DNA from: Oopsacas minuta
Lineage: Eukaryota > Animalia > Porifera
Assembly (NCBI GenBank): GCA_024704765.1
Contig: JAKMXF010000044.1
Span: 372,001-436,000, forward strand
Direction: 5' to 3'
Length of the DNA stretch: 64,000 bases
Below the pieces are notes generated by a model, which searched no databases, was not told the origin of the DNA, and was given only the letters and a program-made list of their open reading frames with translations. This document shows, one piece after another, positions 39,397 through 50,624 of this stretch. The position numbers and the translations under genes were made by a program. Numbering within the stretch: the stretch's first letter is position 1; every line of letters starts with the position of its first letter.

Positions 39397-40103
39397 ATGA
39401 AGTCTACATCATAACACTACTGTATTTATTTACTTATTTACATATTTCTTTGGCAACGGGACCCCTCAATACAACAAATTCCTACAGTGTAACATTGAGA
39501 CCAGGAGCTGTATTCTTCCCACAGTTTGTATCTTTAACATCTCACATCTACCAATACATTAACTTCTCGTCTAATGGTACAGCTCTGAATGAGTATTTAA
39601 GTGAGAAGGATTATGCTAATCCAGAAGACAAATTACCCAGATTCCAGTTTTATCTTAATACTGAAACAGGCTACGTTTACTACGTAGATGGTGATAATTG
39701 TGTGAAAACTTCTATGTCCTATGTTTCAATTTTCTGCCTCTATGTGCCTTCTTATATAACCTCTCTATTTCTGAATGGATTCTTCGAGGACGGATATACA
39801 TTCAACAAAAGTTTTACTGAATGTCCTTTTCACACTGAAATACCTTGTGATAAATGGTATGCTAAAGAAGATGACATAACTCTATATGCAAAGGGAAACA
39901 TTTTGGAAGCAATGGTTCTGTCTGGAATATTGTATAAGCCAATGGTTCATGACGATTTTAAACCTACGGGAGCTATTCCTGAGAATTTTATACCTAAAAT
40001 GGAGTGTAAGGAAACTGATTCGTTTCCTTTATGTGAGCTAAACAATAAGGAAATGAAATTCAACCATCTGAAGTCTAAAATGGAGAATTTACTAGGCTTA
40101 TAA
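39397..40103 (+). CDS. Putative secreted ependymin-related (EPDR-like) protein; start codon out of frame by one base
   Basis: Signal-peptide-like VYIITLLYLFTYLHISLA|T and N-glycosylation sequons. Cys/aromatic pattern GYVYYVDGDNCVKT ... CDKW ... DDFKPTGAIPENFIPKMEC recalls ependymins. The only nearby ATG (39397) is out of frame unless one G is restored (ATG AAG [G]TC TAC). Confidence 0.5.
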
Positions 40104-40218
40104 CCAGAGTAGAGTATTACAAAACTTTAGGGAATAACTGAGTTAATTATTTTTACATTAGTTTTGTAATTTTTATAGGAACAATACTAAATTGATTTTT
40201 ATCATAAGTTAAGTATTA

Positions 40219-41102
40219 GGGCATGTAAATTAATTACTTGTTTCGCATCCGGAAATTCTTCGGAAACTGGCACGGCGGGGCGGTATTTTATATGTACTAG
40301 CGCGCTTCGCTTGCTAGGTCGCTGCGCGACAGCTTAGTGCCTCTAGTTAGATTAAGTATTAAATAGCTAGATTTCTTGATGGTTTGGGCCGCTACGCGAC
40401 TGGGTATTATACTCAGCACTATGTACCTCATGGATAATTTTTTGTGGAAATTTTTACTTTTTATTACCCATGGTCTATCTAAATTACATTTAATGGCCTT
40501 CTGTGGTGACACTAGAGATGCTATGTCGCTTTTGGTTAGTAATCTCGGCACTTTGTGCCTCGGATATTAAGAAATTCTGAAATTTTATCTGGAAAATTTT
40601 GATGTTTTGGTACAGTCATGACGATTTAATAATCCCATGATGAGTTAGCTTTTGGTCAGAATCATGATATTGGGATGTTTGTCACATTGAGGGGTACCTG
40701 TGATTCAAATTTCAAACTACTATCATGCATATTGGCTGAGTAGTGGTTAATAATGACAATGACGTCATAATTTCGTCATATGTGTGAATTTTCGTCCAAG
40801 ACTCGAACTTATACGGGCCATAAATATATACATATAGATTAATTGCGTTTTAACAGTATAGAGTTTTTATAGTTCAGTTAATATATAAAATATTTTGACC
40901 CTTCGATCATCTCGCCACATTCTCTCTGGGCATTAAAAATATTGAATTTTTCAACTATCAACTAGTAAAATTTTGATTGCACCACTCTGTGATCAAAGAA
41001 TTATTCATAAATTTGGAAAAAATACAAATATAATCTTTCCGGACGGAAGACAAAATTTGGGGCGGGCGGGGATGAGAAACAAGTATATTACTTTACATGG
41101 CC
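40219..41102. mobile_element. Non-autonomous PIF/Harbinger-like element, 884 bp
   Basis: About 30-bp imperfect TIRs (GGGCATGTAAATTAATTACTTGTTTCGCATCC versus the reverse complement of the right end, GGCCATGTAAAGTAATATACTTGTTTCTCATCC), flanked by TTA on both sides. Confidence 0.8.
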
Positions 41103-41470
41103 TTATGTGTGTGATTGTATTAACGGGTCCGAATAGCTAATGAGCGAGTTGGCGACACGAATGTGGACAACTGTCTACAGAGGCTCTAATCTGACATCCT
41201 CTCTTTATCCCCTTGTTTATTTTGTTTATTCGTTATTGTCGTTTATAATAAACCATACTAAGCCTCCTCAGTGTAATTACACTATACAGTATACTCCCTC
41301 TTATTACAAAATTGAAGACCATTTTTTAGGTTCAATGTATCTATTACAATTGATGGACTCAATAATAATGAACCACAAGATTCTTAGTCGAGACAGGTGC
41401 ATACAACAATTTATGAGATACTTCCCAACCATTATTACACGCTACAAGTTTACATAAATAAAGCTATACT

Positions 41471-41755
41471 ATTAAATCTCAATAGTTGTTTGTTTGTCCG
41501 TTGTCAAGGAAAGGATTTACTGTATGCAATTTTGAAATTGTCGCATAACTATGTATTTATCGTGTTTATCAGGGAAGTAAATAGAATTAAATAAAGCTTC
41601 ATTAAATACATCGTACATGCTGAATCCGATTTCCACACTTTTGGATTAATCATATGGAAATTTATTGTTGTTTTTATGAATATAAAGGAAACAAATTAGC
41701 AAAATCTCAAAATTTAGGCAGATGCTTGCTCTCAACTGCTACAAAGTGGGTTGAT
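41471..41755. repeat. Longest family R copy
   Basis: Reverse complement matches 38471-38677 and 17862-17988. Confidence 0.8.
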
Positions 41756-42009
41756 CTTACAAAATAATTCAATAACATATATCCCATATCCCATATCCCA
41801 TATACGTATATTTGTTAATTACATTGTCCTAAATATATCTATATTATAATACTTAAAGGGTCCGTCAATTTGGAGAATAATGGATACCTCAATGTGCAAT
41901 GCGCCGAGTTCATCGCTAAGCGACGAGCCAAAGGCTCGTATACTATACATTAAGAATATTTAATGTCTAAACTGGTTTTAATATAGTTTGGATCACAGAT
42001 TACCCATTT

Positions 42010-42860
42010 ATGAAGGCGAATCAGAAGTAAAGAATGAAGTATCTAACCAAAGTCTATCCCATGCATCAGAGATTCTCTTCCGCAAAGGCATTGATGGTAA
42101 TGTCGCTGAGGAATGTATTTGAATTAGATAGTTCATTTAAGCATTGTTCACGAACAGATTCATGCAGAATTGCCAAGTGGACGCCCCTAAGAGGAGACAA
42201 TGGAACGGCTCCTGATAGTGTAGCGAGTGAAGTGCATTCGGGTAGTGTACTGGGTGAATCACAAATCAAGCAATCACTAGAAGTTGAAACATCCTAATGT
42301 TCATCGTCTTTTGAATCAACTCAATCTGGAAGTGGATGTATCTGTGATATTTCCTGAGTAATATTTGAATTGTCTTCTTCAATTGATGAACGTATGGGTG
42401 ATGTATCCTTAGTCAATTGCAGATTGTTCTTCATAGTTAAATTCTGGGGTAGGAAAGTATGATATTTATCAATTCCTTCTTCCTTAATTTCCTCGATATC
42501 TTACTAACACGTTTTGTCTGGGAGTGCATTCCATCAAATTTATCATGTCTTCATCCCTTTCTGGAATTTGAATTTCTTCTTTTCTCCTCCTTACAAAGGC
42601 TAGAGTCGGCCAAATTTGTTCCATACTTTGTTCCACATAATTACGGGAGTTATCATTCCCTAAAGCAGATAGCTTGTTCCTCCAGGTATGTACGACACCA
42701 ACAGGTTCCTTCGTGTTTGTCTGAAATCTTTCAATTGTTTTAGATAACGTTTCACGGGCACTCTCATTAGTCATTTGTTTGTAAATATAGAAAACAGCGA
42801 AAAAGCTCTTATATAACTCCATCAAGATGTGCCTAACCCGCATCGCTACATACTTTCAAT
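42010..42860 (-). pseudogene. Decayed coding sequence, possibly a transposon relic
   Basis: Long protein-like frames broken by isolated stops and a frameshift near 42490 (DIEEIKEEGIDK...PLPD*VDSKDDEH*DVST...FLSDITINAFAEENL*). Confidence 0.4.
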
Positions 42861-42945
42861 ACCTCATTTATGCTGCATCCACTGTATCTTATACCACGGT
42901 ACTTGTATAAATACGTTGAATCAATAATGTAATTATTTTAGAAAT

Positions 42946-45267
42946 ATGATGTACTCAGCCAACCAGCCATTATCAAACAGTTCTAAAATAAAGGAGAACG
43001 CAGAAATTTCTCACTATCGTATAGCCTCTCTGCAGTATTCATGCCTAGAAAGTATGGAGAATATTCTCAACGCGATTGCCTCGATCTCTGACCTAAAACA
43101 CAGCCAAATGACATTACAATACTATTTATTCGAAGTAAATAGATCAGCTGTTAAAGATTCTACCCGCATACCATCTTCCTACTCTAACATCCTGATGAAT
43201 TATCTCCTAGCGAGTAGGAAAACTAGTGAGAACCTAATCAAGTTGATTACTATGCTAGGCAGCTCATTTCTATTAAATACATTAGTAGTTCCTCGTAATT
43301 TTTTCAACCCAACTCTTCTTGAGCCTATTTTTAATCAATTCCAGCTACACACAGTCGATTTCTCTTTCTGCCTATTTGTAGACAACTCTCTAGTCAATGT
43401 CCTTGTACAGTGTATGTTATATCATACTCAGTCTCTGAAGACACTAGTGTTACGCGGTACAATGTTCACTCAAATTAATATACTAAATGCTTTAATATCT
43501 CTGGAGTGTTTGGATATCAGTGAGCTGAATTATTTACAACCAATCCCAGAATGTAGATCAGTACAGGATTATATTAATAAAATATCTCAAACATTTCCTG
43601 CTCTAACAAGACTAAATATCTACAATACCAACCTGTCTTGTCAAAAGGAATGTATGCCTGGGGTTGGATATGAAATTTCTTTACAGGCATACTTTAGAAC
43701 ACAACTTGTACAGTTGGATTTATCCTGCTCACAATCACAAAACACGCCTCCTTGGATAACAGGACAAGTTATGAGGTTTATGGCGAACCTCTCATCCATA
43801 TCCTCTCTTAAATATTTGGATGTTTCTTTTTGGCCAATTAAAATAGAACATTTGAAGTGTTTCCAGGAAGCTAACAAGGTGTTGGAATTCCTTGGCCTTT
43901 TAGGTACACAAGTAGTTAGCAGTAGTCCTATATTGAGTGCTATAACGAATGAAGTTACTTGTACATTTGATGAGAATTCCATTATCAATAGCATCCACCA
44001 GTACGGATATCGTAGAGATTACATTCATTATATTGTCAATTGTCTAATTGAAGATATGGATAGAGATGGTCACCAGTTTCAACAACCTTTTGAATTGACT
44101 AATACTCTGTTAGATATTATAGAAGCTAATTATCTCTACAAGAAGATTTCTTTCCCTCTTCAAATTCATATGCCTACTTTTGTAGACATTACTTACATCA
44201 TTAGTCGTATCCTTGACAAAGTTTGCTTAGAACATTTCTCTATAAAATTACTGAAAAGAATTGTATTCATATTCATTGAATTGCTTAAGATATCTACGGT
44301 GAATATCTCTTCTAATTGTGAACTTCTCCTGAATATATTTACAGTGTTTGTCAACTTTAATGTTTCAGAGTATATCTCATTTCTAGAGACGTTTGTTTCA
44401 GAATTATTCATCGTCGTGTTTGAGCTACTGACTAATTATTCTACCAAGATGAACTCTATTATTCCTGATGAAGATAACCTATTAGAAATATCTACTTTAG
44501 TATTATCAAACTTGAGCTGGAAAGATTTTAGGAAAATTAACCAAGAACAGATGATTCAGTTTTCACTTATTATATTAGAAGCAATATCTAACTCTCTATC
44601 AAGCTCGAGCCAAGCTAATCCTATTCTCGGATATCTGACTGTAATATTAGCGAATATATCCTGTTACAGAATTGAGGCTTGTAGATGTCTAGTAAGTGAT
44701 CAGCTGTTTTCGATTCTCACTAGAGCTCAGGATTACAACCTTAAGATTGTAATTGAGAATATTTATAGATGCTCTGAGCATGTTATGGAGAGTTTCCTCA
44801 AGTCTAATGGAGAATTTTATTCCAGGGGAGATATTCACAAATTTGTTGAGCATGCATTTTGTAGTTTATCTACTGAAGTGCTAGATGAAGATACGACATA
44901 TTCTCTTTCTGCTATTATTATCTACTACTGGTATACTGTAGAGAAGAATCAACTATCTTCTCCAATTGTAGAGAAAGAAGCTACCCTCAATCTTGTTAGG
45001 GCAAAACTTTCTGAGATCAGTGAGTATGTGAGAGTGAATATTGACACTTTTAGTCTCGAAGCACCTCTCGTTTGTTTGAATAGCAAAAATTCAAATATTC
45101 AATATTTCGCGTTATGTGCAATCCATGGATATCTGAAAAGTGATTTCGACACAATTAAGAAAATTTTCAGGGAAAGTCAATATTATCAACTCGTGTTTAG
45201 TCTCCAATCATCTGATGAAGTTGAAATTAGGGAAAAAGTACATTCAATTGCTACTCTCGTTTTGTAA
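42946..45267 (+). CDS. ZER1/ZYG11-like LRR + armadillo-type protein, divergent, intronless, 773 aa
   Basis: LRRs LKTLVLRG, LECLDISEL, LTRLNIYNT, LVQLDLS, LKYLDVS, LEFLGLLGT, followed by a helical repeat region. This architecture is typical of ZER1/ZYG11 CRL2 receptors. Confidence 0.7.
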   Translation: MMYSANQPLSNSSKIKENAEISHYRIASLQYSCLESMENILNAIASISDLKHSQMTLQYYLFEVNRSAVKDSTRIPSSYSNILMNYLLASRKTSENLIKLITMLGSSFLLNTLVVPRNFFNPTLLEPIFNQFQLHTVDFSFCLFVDNSLVNVLVQCMLYHTQSLKTLVLRGTMFTQINILNALISLECLDISELNYLQPIPECRSVQDYINKISQTFPALTRLNIYNTNLSCQKECMPGVGYEISLQAYFRTQLVQLDLSCSQSQNTPPWITGQVMRFMANLSSISSLKYLDVSFWPIKIEHLKCFQEANKVLEFLGLLGTQVVSSSPILSAITNEVTCTFDENSIINSIHQYGYRRDYIHYIVNCLIEDMDRDGHQFQQPFELTNTLLDIIEANYLYKKISFPLQIHMPTFVDITYIISRILDKVCLEHFSIKLLKRIVFIFIELLKISTVNISSNCELLLNIFTVFVNFNVSEYISFLETFVSELFIVVFELLTNYSTKMNSIIPDEDNLLEISTLVLSNLSWKDFRKINQEQMIQFSLIILEAISNSLSSSSQANPILGYLTVILANISCYRIEACRCLVSDQLFSILTRAQDYNLKIVIENIYRCSEHVMESFLKSNGEFYSRGDIHKFVEHAFCSLSTEVLDEDTTYSLSAIIIYYWYTVEKNQLSSPIVEKEATLNLVRAKLSEISEYVRVNIDTFSLEAPLVCLNSKNSNIQYFALCAIHGYLKSDFDTIKKIFRESQYYQLVFSLQSSDEVEIREKVHSIATLVL

Positions 45268-46519
45268 GAAGTTAATTGCCTTTTTTATTATTATTTTGTA
45301 TTATATTACATGTTCAAGCTTTTAATTATTATCATTATGATGTTACTATTCTCAGTTTACTTACGTACGTATATTACTCTTTAGTAGCTATCGGGAATAA
45401 CTTAATACGTAATAAATTTTCTGAATCATATTGACAATCATCATTGATTTCTATGTCAATTTAACTAAGTTAGAAGGTACCTTTTTCTCCTTCTCGAGGG
45501 TTATTTTCGAGTGTACTTTTAAAGGGCCAAGAGGGAAATTGACTTTCATTATTAAGCTTTGTAAGTACTAAGTTGTATTTAAGTTAACAAATCGATTTTA
45601 AACAAGAAAAGGTCTGAGTGCAACAAACATGCTACTGTTCGATCTCTGGCAACTCTGAAACGTGGCCTCTTTGGAAAATCTATTTATTCTAGTATATCAA
45701 ATTATTTGTCATATTCTCATCAAATTTCTAGCTTAATTTTTGCATAAAACTCTGTCAAAAGATTTGGATGTCTCGCATAGTTAACTACGAGTATCTCCAT
45801 GTATCACCAGTGCAATACTGATTTAATGTCCCTTGAATCTGACTGATTAAACATCACTTATATTGTATTATGGTCGTAGGAGACGATTCGTTTGGCCAGG
45901 CTTCAAATGGACCACCATTTGGACAGCTAATAGAATTAGTATTACTGTAATAGTCAACCGGTGTCACAGCGAATACTCTTCCCCCATATTCACTAAGGGA
46001 ATAGTGTTCGGTGGGGGGAACATTATCCTCTAGGGGAATTGTGTTCCACATTATACACGAGGGAATCCATTTTTTAGGAACTAGTAAAAGGGTATATCCG
46101 CATGCGGAATCTATGAGATATTAAATAAGTATATCCACATGCGGAACTTGTGCAAATTTAACCCTCTCCAACATAAAAAGTTTGTAAATAAAGATCCAGA
46201 TACCCTTCCGATGGAATTGTGTTTAACTATTACAAAAATCTTTTTCTAAAATCAAAATTTGTGAATACATACTCGTATTCCGCATGCGGATTTACAATTT
46301 TAAAACCTCAACTTTGAACTACATGGAGTACAATATTCTCTAGATAATGTTTGGGGACATTATTCACTGTGGCACCGGACCACTTTGGTAGCTCCATATA
46401 TTTTGTATTGTTTAAATTTACATAGTTTGTTTTTATATGACATAATCACTCTAGACCCTAATATTGTTTGTAGATAATACAACACGAATTAACTGTATTT
46501 AGCCAAAATTTATCAAACA

Positions 46520-46681
46520 CAGTGGAACCTGCATAATCCGACACTTGTCTCTCTAGGATATGAAAATAGTGTTGGATTATTTTGTATTATCAGAGTTATT
46601 TTAGATCAGAAACACTGTCAGATTACAGCAGTCTTAAGATAGGACCAGATAATACAGGTATCGGATTATGCAGGCTCACTG
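46520..46681. mobile_element. CAGT-terminus MITE
   Basis: CAGTGGAACCTGCATAATCCGAC ... TCGGATTATGCAGGCTCACTG; a related fragment lies near 27283-27380 in NBAS intron 2. Confidence 0.7.
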
Positions 46682-46782
46682 CTTATAGTTTTCTAATAAT
46701 TAATGGCTATTTACTTATGTTACGTGATTGTTCTCTATATTGCACAATAATTTCCTACTAAATCTAGTGAATTATGTAATAA

Positions 46783-47196
46783 TATTACTATTACTATTAA
46801 TATTACTATTACTATTACTATTACTATTACTATTAATATTACTATTACTATTAATATTACTATTACTATTACTATTACTATTACTATTACTATTACTATT
46901 ACTATTACTATTACTATTACTATTACTATTACTATTACTATTACTATTACTATTACTATTACTATTACTATTACTATTACTATTAATATTACTATTACTA
47001 TTACTATTACTATTACTATTACTATTACTATTACTATTAATATTACTATTACTATTACTATTACTATTACTATTAATATTAATATTACTATTAATATTAC
47101 TATTACTATTAATATTACTATTACTATTACTATTACTATTACTATTACTATTACTATTAATATTACTATTACTATTAATATTACTATTACTATTAC
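46783..47196. repeat. Hexanucleotide microsatellite (TATTAC)n, 69 units
   Basis: 414 bp in perfect 6-bp phase: 58 TATTAC and 11 TATTAA units by my count. Confidence 0.98.
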
Positions 47197-48527
47197 TGTA
47201 CAGTTTTCAGGGATAATTACACAGAATTTAAATATTTATTGCATAATTATTCTCACCTTATTATCAGTTATTATTATTGTGCAATCGTATAAATCAAAAT
47301 ACCAACTTGTATAACAATGAACATTTGATTACTGATTACACTAATTTCCATATTTGTACACTTGCAACATAAAAATGCATGATATTACGTAGTGTTAAGG
47401 GTATATGTTACGGAACATGTTGACATCTTACTGCGGTAGATGTCTCAAATATTTGTCATTCCAGAGCCATTGTGGTGTCTAGCGCAGGGTTTCTCAAAGT
47501 ATTTTGTTCTTTTTCGAAACTAATTTAATCCTTGGCTCACTTTAATTTCACTCAATACAATTAATTTTTCAAAGCTAATTCAATACAAAAATTGACGTAG
47601 TACACTATAAGCTAATCTAACTCTCAAAGACAGCTCTAATATTATATTATTTATTTAATACATTCATCCCGGAGAGAGACACTTGTGTACAGATTTCTGT
47701 ATACTATGTAAAGATTAAGATTAAGATCCATCTATTGAATTTACAAGTATTATAGTTTCTTTAAAGTTACAATTTGGACTAAGAGAATGATCCACGCAGA
47801 CAAAAATATTCAAGCATATTGTTGTTACTATGTCAAGTGTTTGTGTATGAATTCTATGAATTCATCATCCAAATAAGTGTACTTTTAACTAATATCAAGA
47901 ACTCATTTTCGTAACGTGTAACTCATTCAAAAATTAGTTGTTGAAAATTCACAATGAATTGATACAGTTTGGCTCATGATTGTAAATACGTAGGATTGCT
48001 TCTCAGTCCAGTTTACGTCTCTTATATATTATTTATTCCTAAACTCTAATTAATACATTCTGAATTCAAATGGATTATTTATTGATATTCGGGGATACAT
48101 TCATTGAACACAAATGGACTGATCTCGTCCAGATAACACACGCATCGTCTCTCAACCGTGAAACTACCCTCGTAAACACAGAAAGGATTTATCTTTACTG
48201 ACAAATAAATCATCGGAAGTATTAATTGCCCTGGCCTTCCCGAAACTGACCTGTAAGCCAATTTTGAGAGTTTGTCCCTGGAATTGGATGAAGTATATGT
48301 GAAGCTCGGAAACCTTGCTTGAAGGCAGCATACAAAATCCCGTTAGACAAACCCTTTTAATTAATAGAATCAATAGTACAAATGAATTTGAACTTTCCTG
48401 GAAAATTGAGTAGATCTCGAATCTTCTTAATTTGGACGTAGGGATTAATTAAAACTTGAGGCTTCCTTGAATTTTCTCTTAAAAAATATTCGCATAATTT
48501 CACTAAACAAAGAAAATAATTGTACTA

Positions 48528-48628
48528 CAGTCAACATCCGCTATCTCGAATACCCGCTAACTCGAACATTCGTTATTTCGAACAGAATTTTATTTCCTTT
48601 GAGGGTTCAAGATAACGGATGTTGACTG
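48528..48628. mobile_element. Short TA-flanked MITE, 101 bp
   Basis: TA|CAGTCAACATCCGCTATCTCGAA ... TTCAAGATAACGGATGTTGACTG|TA. Confidence 0.85.
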
Positions 48629-49267
48629 TATATGTGTACGAGAAGAGAAATTCAATATATTATCACAAGTTAAAGATTCTACTGGTATGCAGTTCATCGA
48701 GTTAAAGGGAGCTGTAACCTTAGACTGATTTCTAAGAATTCACACAGAAATCTGTACACCAATGTCGTACTTCCATTCATCCAGCTTTGGTTTGCTGATA
48801 TATTATTTCCAAGTTTGCAACCGAATAGTTCAATATTTGGCTGGCTCCTGAATATCAGTATTCAGTATTCGGTTGACCATATATATTTCATACGCCAACC
48901 CTCACGGGACCCCCTGGATTATCCCTGATTTACAATAAATCCATAGAAATATTCAAAAATCCACGGAAATATCATACGATAAGGGATTCGTAAGAATGAC
49001 ATTTGATCTAATATATTTGGCCACCCGAATATTTGGTTATTCTACTATTGGTCAAACAACTATTCGGTTGGAGCGGTTTCAACCTGGATTATTCTCAGAA
49101 GAATTTTCTTATTCGATAACTAATATTTGATTGATCTGATAGAAAACAATTTTACATTCAAGACTCCAAATTATCAATCATTTTTCCCCAAATGCTCTGA
49201 TTTTGAAACAGTTCGTCTCTTTGTTGTGGCTTATCAAATGTACTCTGTGGCCGTGTGTATACTTACA

Positions 49268-49315
49268 CACTGAATTTATCTCATGTGTACACGTACACAT
49301 GAGATAAATTCAGTG
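49268..49315. repeat. Perfect 23-bp inverted repeat with 2-nt spacer
   Basis: CACTGAATTTATCTCATGTGTAC-AC-GTACACATGAGATAAATTCAGTG. Confidence 0.95.
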
Positions 49316-50231
49316 GATACGCGTACACATAAAATTCTTTCATGCACTACTGCAACATATTTACCATATGATATTGAGAATCGGGCTCAAATTACTTCAT
49401 AGGGGATAAGCTACATCAAACTTACTAAGTTACACTAGGGGGACACTCTACTTCGGGACAGTTCATTAATTAGTTTTCTCATACCAATTGGTGTTCTCAC
49501 TTTATAATATTTGATTTTAATATCTACTTCGGTAGATGTCATCATGTTCCGGGGTAGATGTCAACATGTTCCGTAGCATTTATAATGAGCTCTTAACAAA
49601 ATATATTCAAATTTGTAAATTATGAATCCACATATCCGGGTCAGGTTTACTTCAAGGTTACGTATATTTGAACATTTCACAATGTTTAGTTACAGCGTGT
49701 CATATTTTATGTTAGAGAGTGCTAGCTATGAATGAAGCTGAAGTATATGATGTCATGATAATTGGAGGACATTTCGTCAAAAAACGTCCCAACTTTTGAC
49801 GAAGTATCACTCTGAGCTAATTACCTCTTTGAGGCTAAGTTTCAGACTTCAGAGCCTCAACTAGATTTGGGCTCCTTCAGGCGGTAACAGGATCATATGA
49901 CACTTGTGCCTCCCTACCCTGATAGAACTCTGTCCACATATTTTAAAGCCACACGACATGACATCACTAAAGACTAGTCAGGAGGTAATAGGACATATAG
50001 AAAAACTAGAGTATTATCCTGTATGTATTAGTGTATTTCCTAATTTAATAGCTAAGTTCATGTAACTACAGTTGAAAATTGTGAGTGCAGCTGCTATAGG
50101 GAGATATCATAATGTCATGGACGATGTGCGACGTCCTTCCGTGCGGCCGTGCGAAATATAGTGGTCCGATATGCTAAATTGAAAATTGGTACACATATAC
50201 ATATTTGCTCAGGGGGTATCAATTTAATATA

Positions 50232-50367
50232 CAGTAGAACTCGGATAAGACGTACCCCCTCGGGAAACAGAAATTAGTACGTCTTATCCGAATATGTTTG
50301 CATTACAAATAATGATGACTGATATTTTGGGATATAAGAAATAGTACGTCTTATCCGAGTTCTACTG
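50232..50367. mobile_element. Family A MITE, best-preserved copy
   Basis: TA|CAGTAGAACTCGGATAAGACGTAC ... GTACGTCTTATCCGAGTTCTACTG|TA; perfect 24-bp TIRs. Confidence 0.92.
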
Positions 50368-50624
50368 TATGTGATATTTTCACATATTTCTTGTAGAATT
50401 CAAAGGAATGCTAGAAATTAGATTTTAATATTCTCCATGTTGTCAGGTGTATTTGGGTATATAGAGCCCGATTTTTGAGATTTTAAGAATCTGTAACTTA
50501 CAAACTCTAGAGATATCATACTTGTATGATTAATCATATTTTAACATACTTTTTCCAGAATTCCTACTTATTATATTTTCCATCTATTTCCATAGCTTGA
50601 TTAAAATTACACGTTAAACTTGTT

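Noticed and set aside
45854-46051. 65-aa minus-strand ORF with protein-like composition
   Set aside because: Non-ATG start inside repeat-like sequence, no recognisable motif, no clear splice partners.
46728-47216. 162-aa poly-leucine ORF
   Set aside because: Translation of the TATTAC microsatellite; non-ATG start and no protein features.
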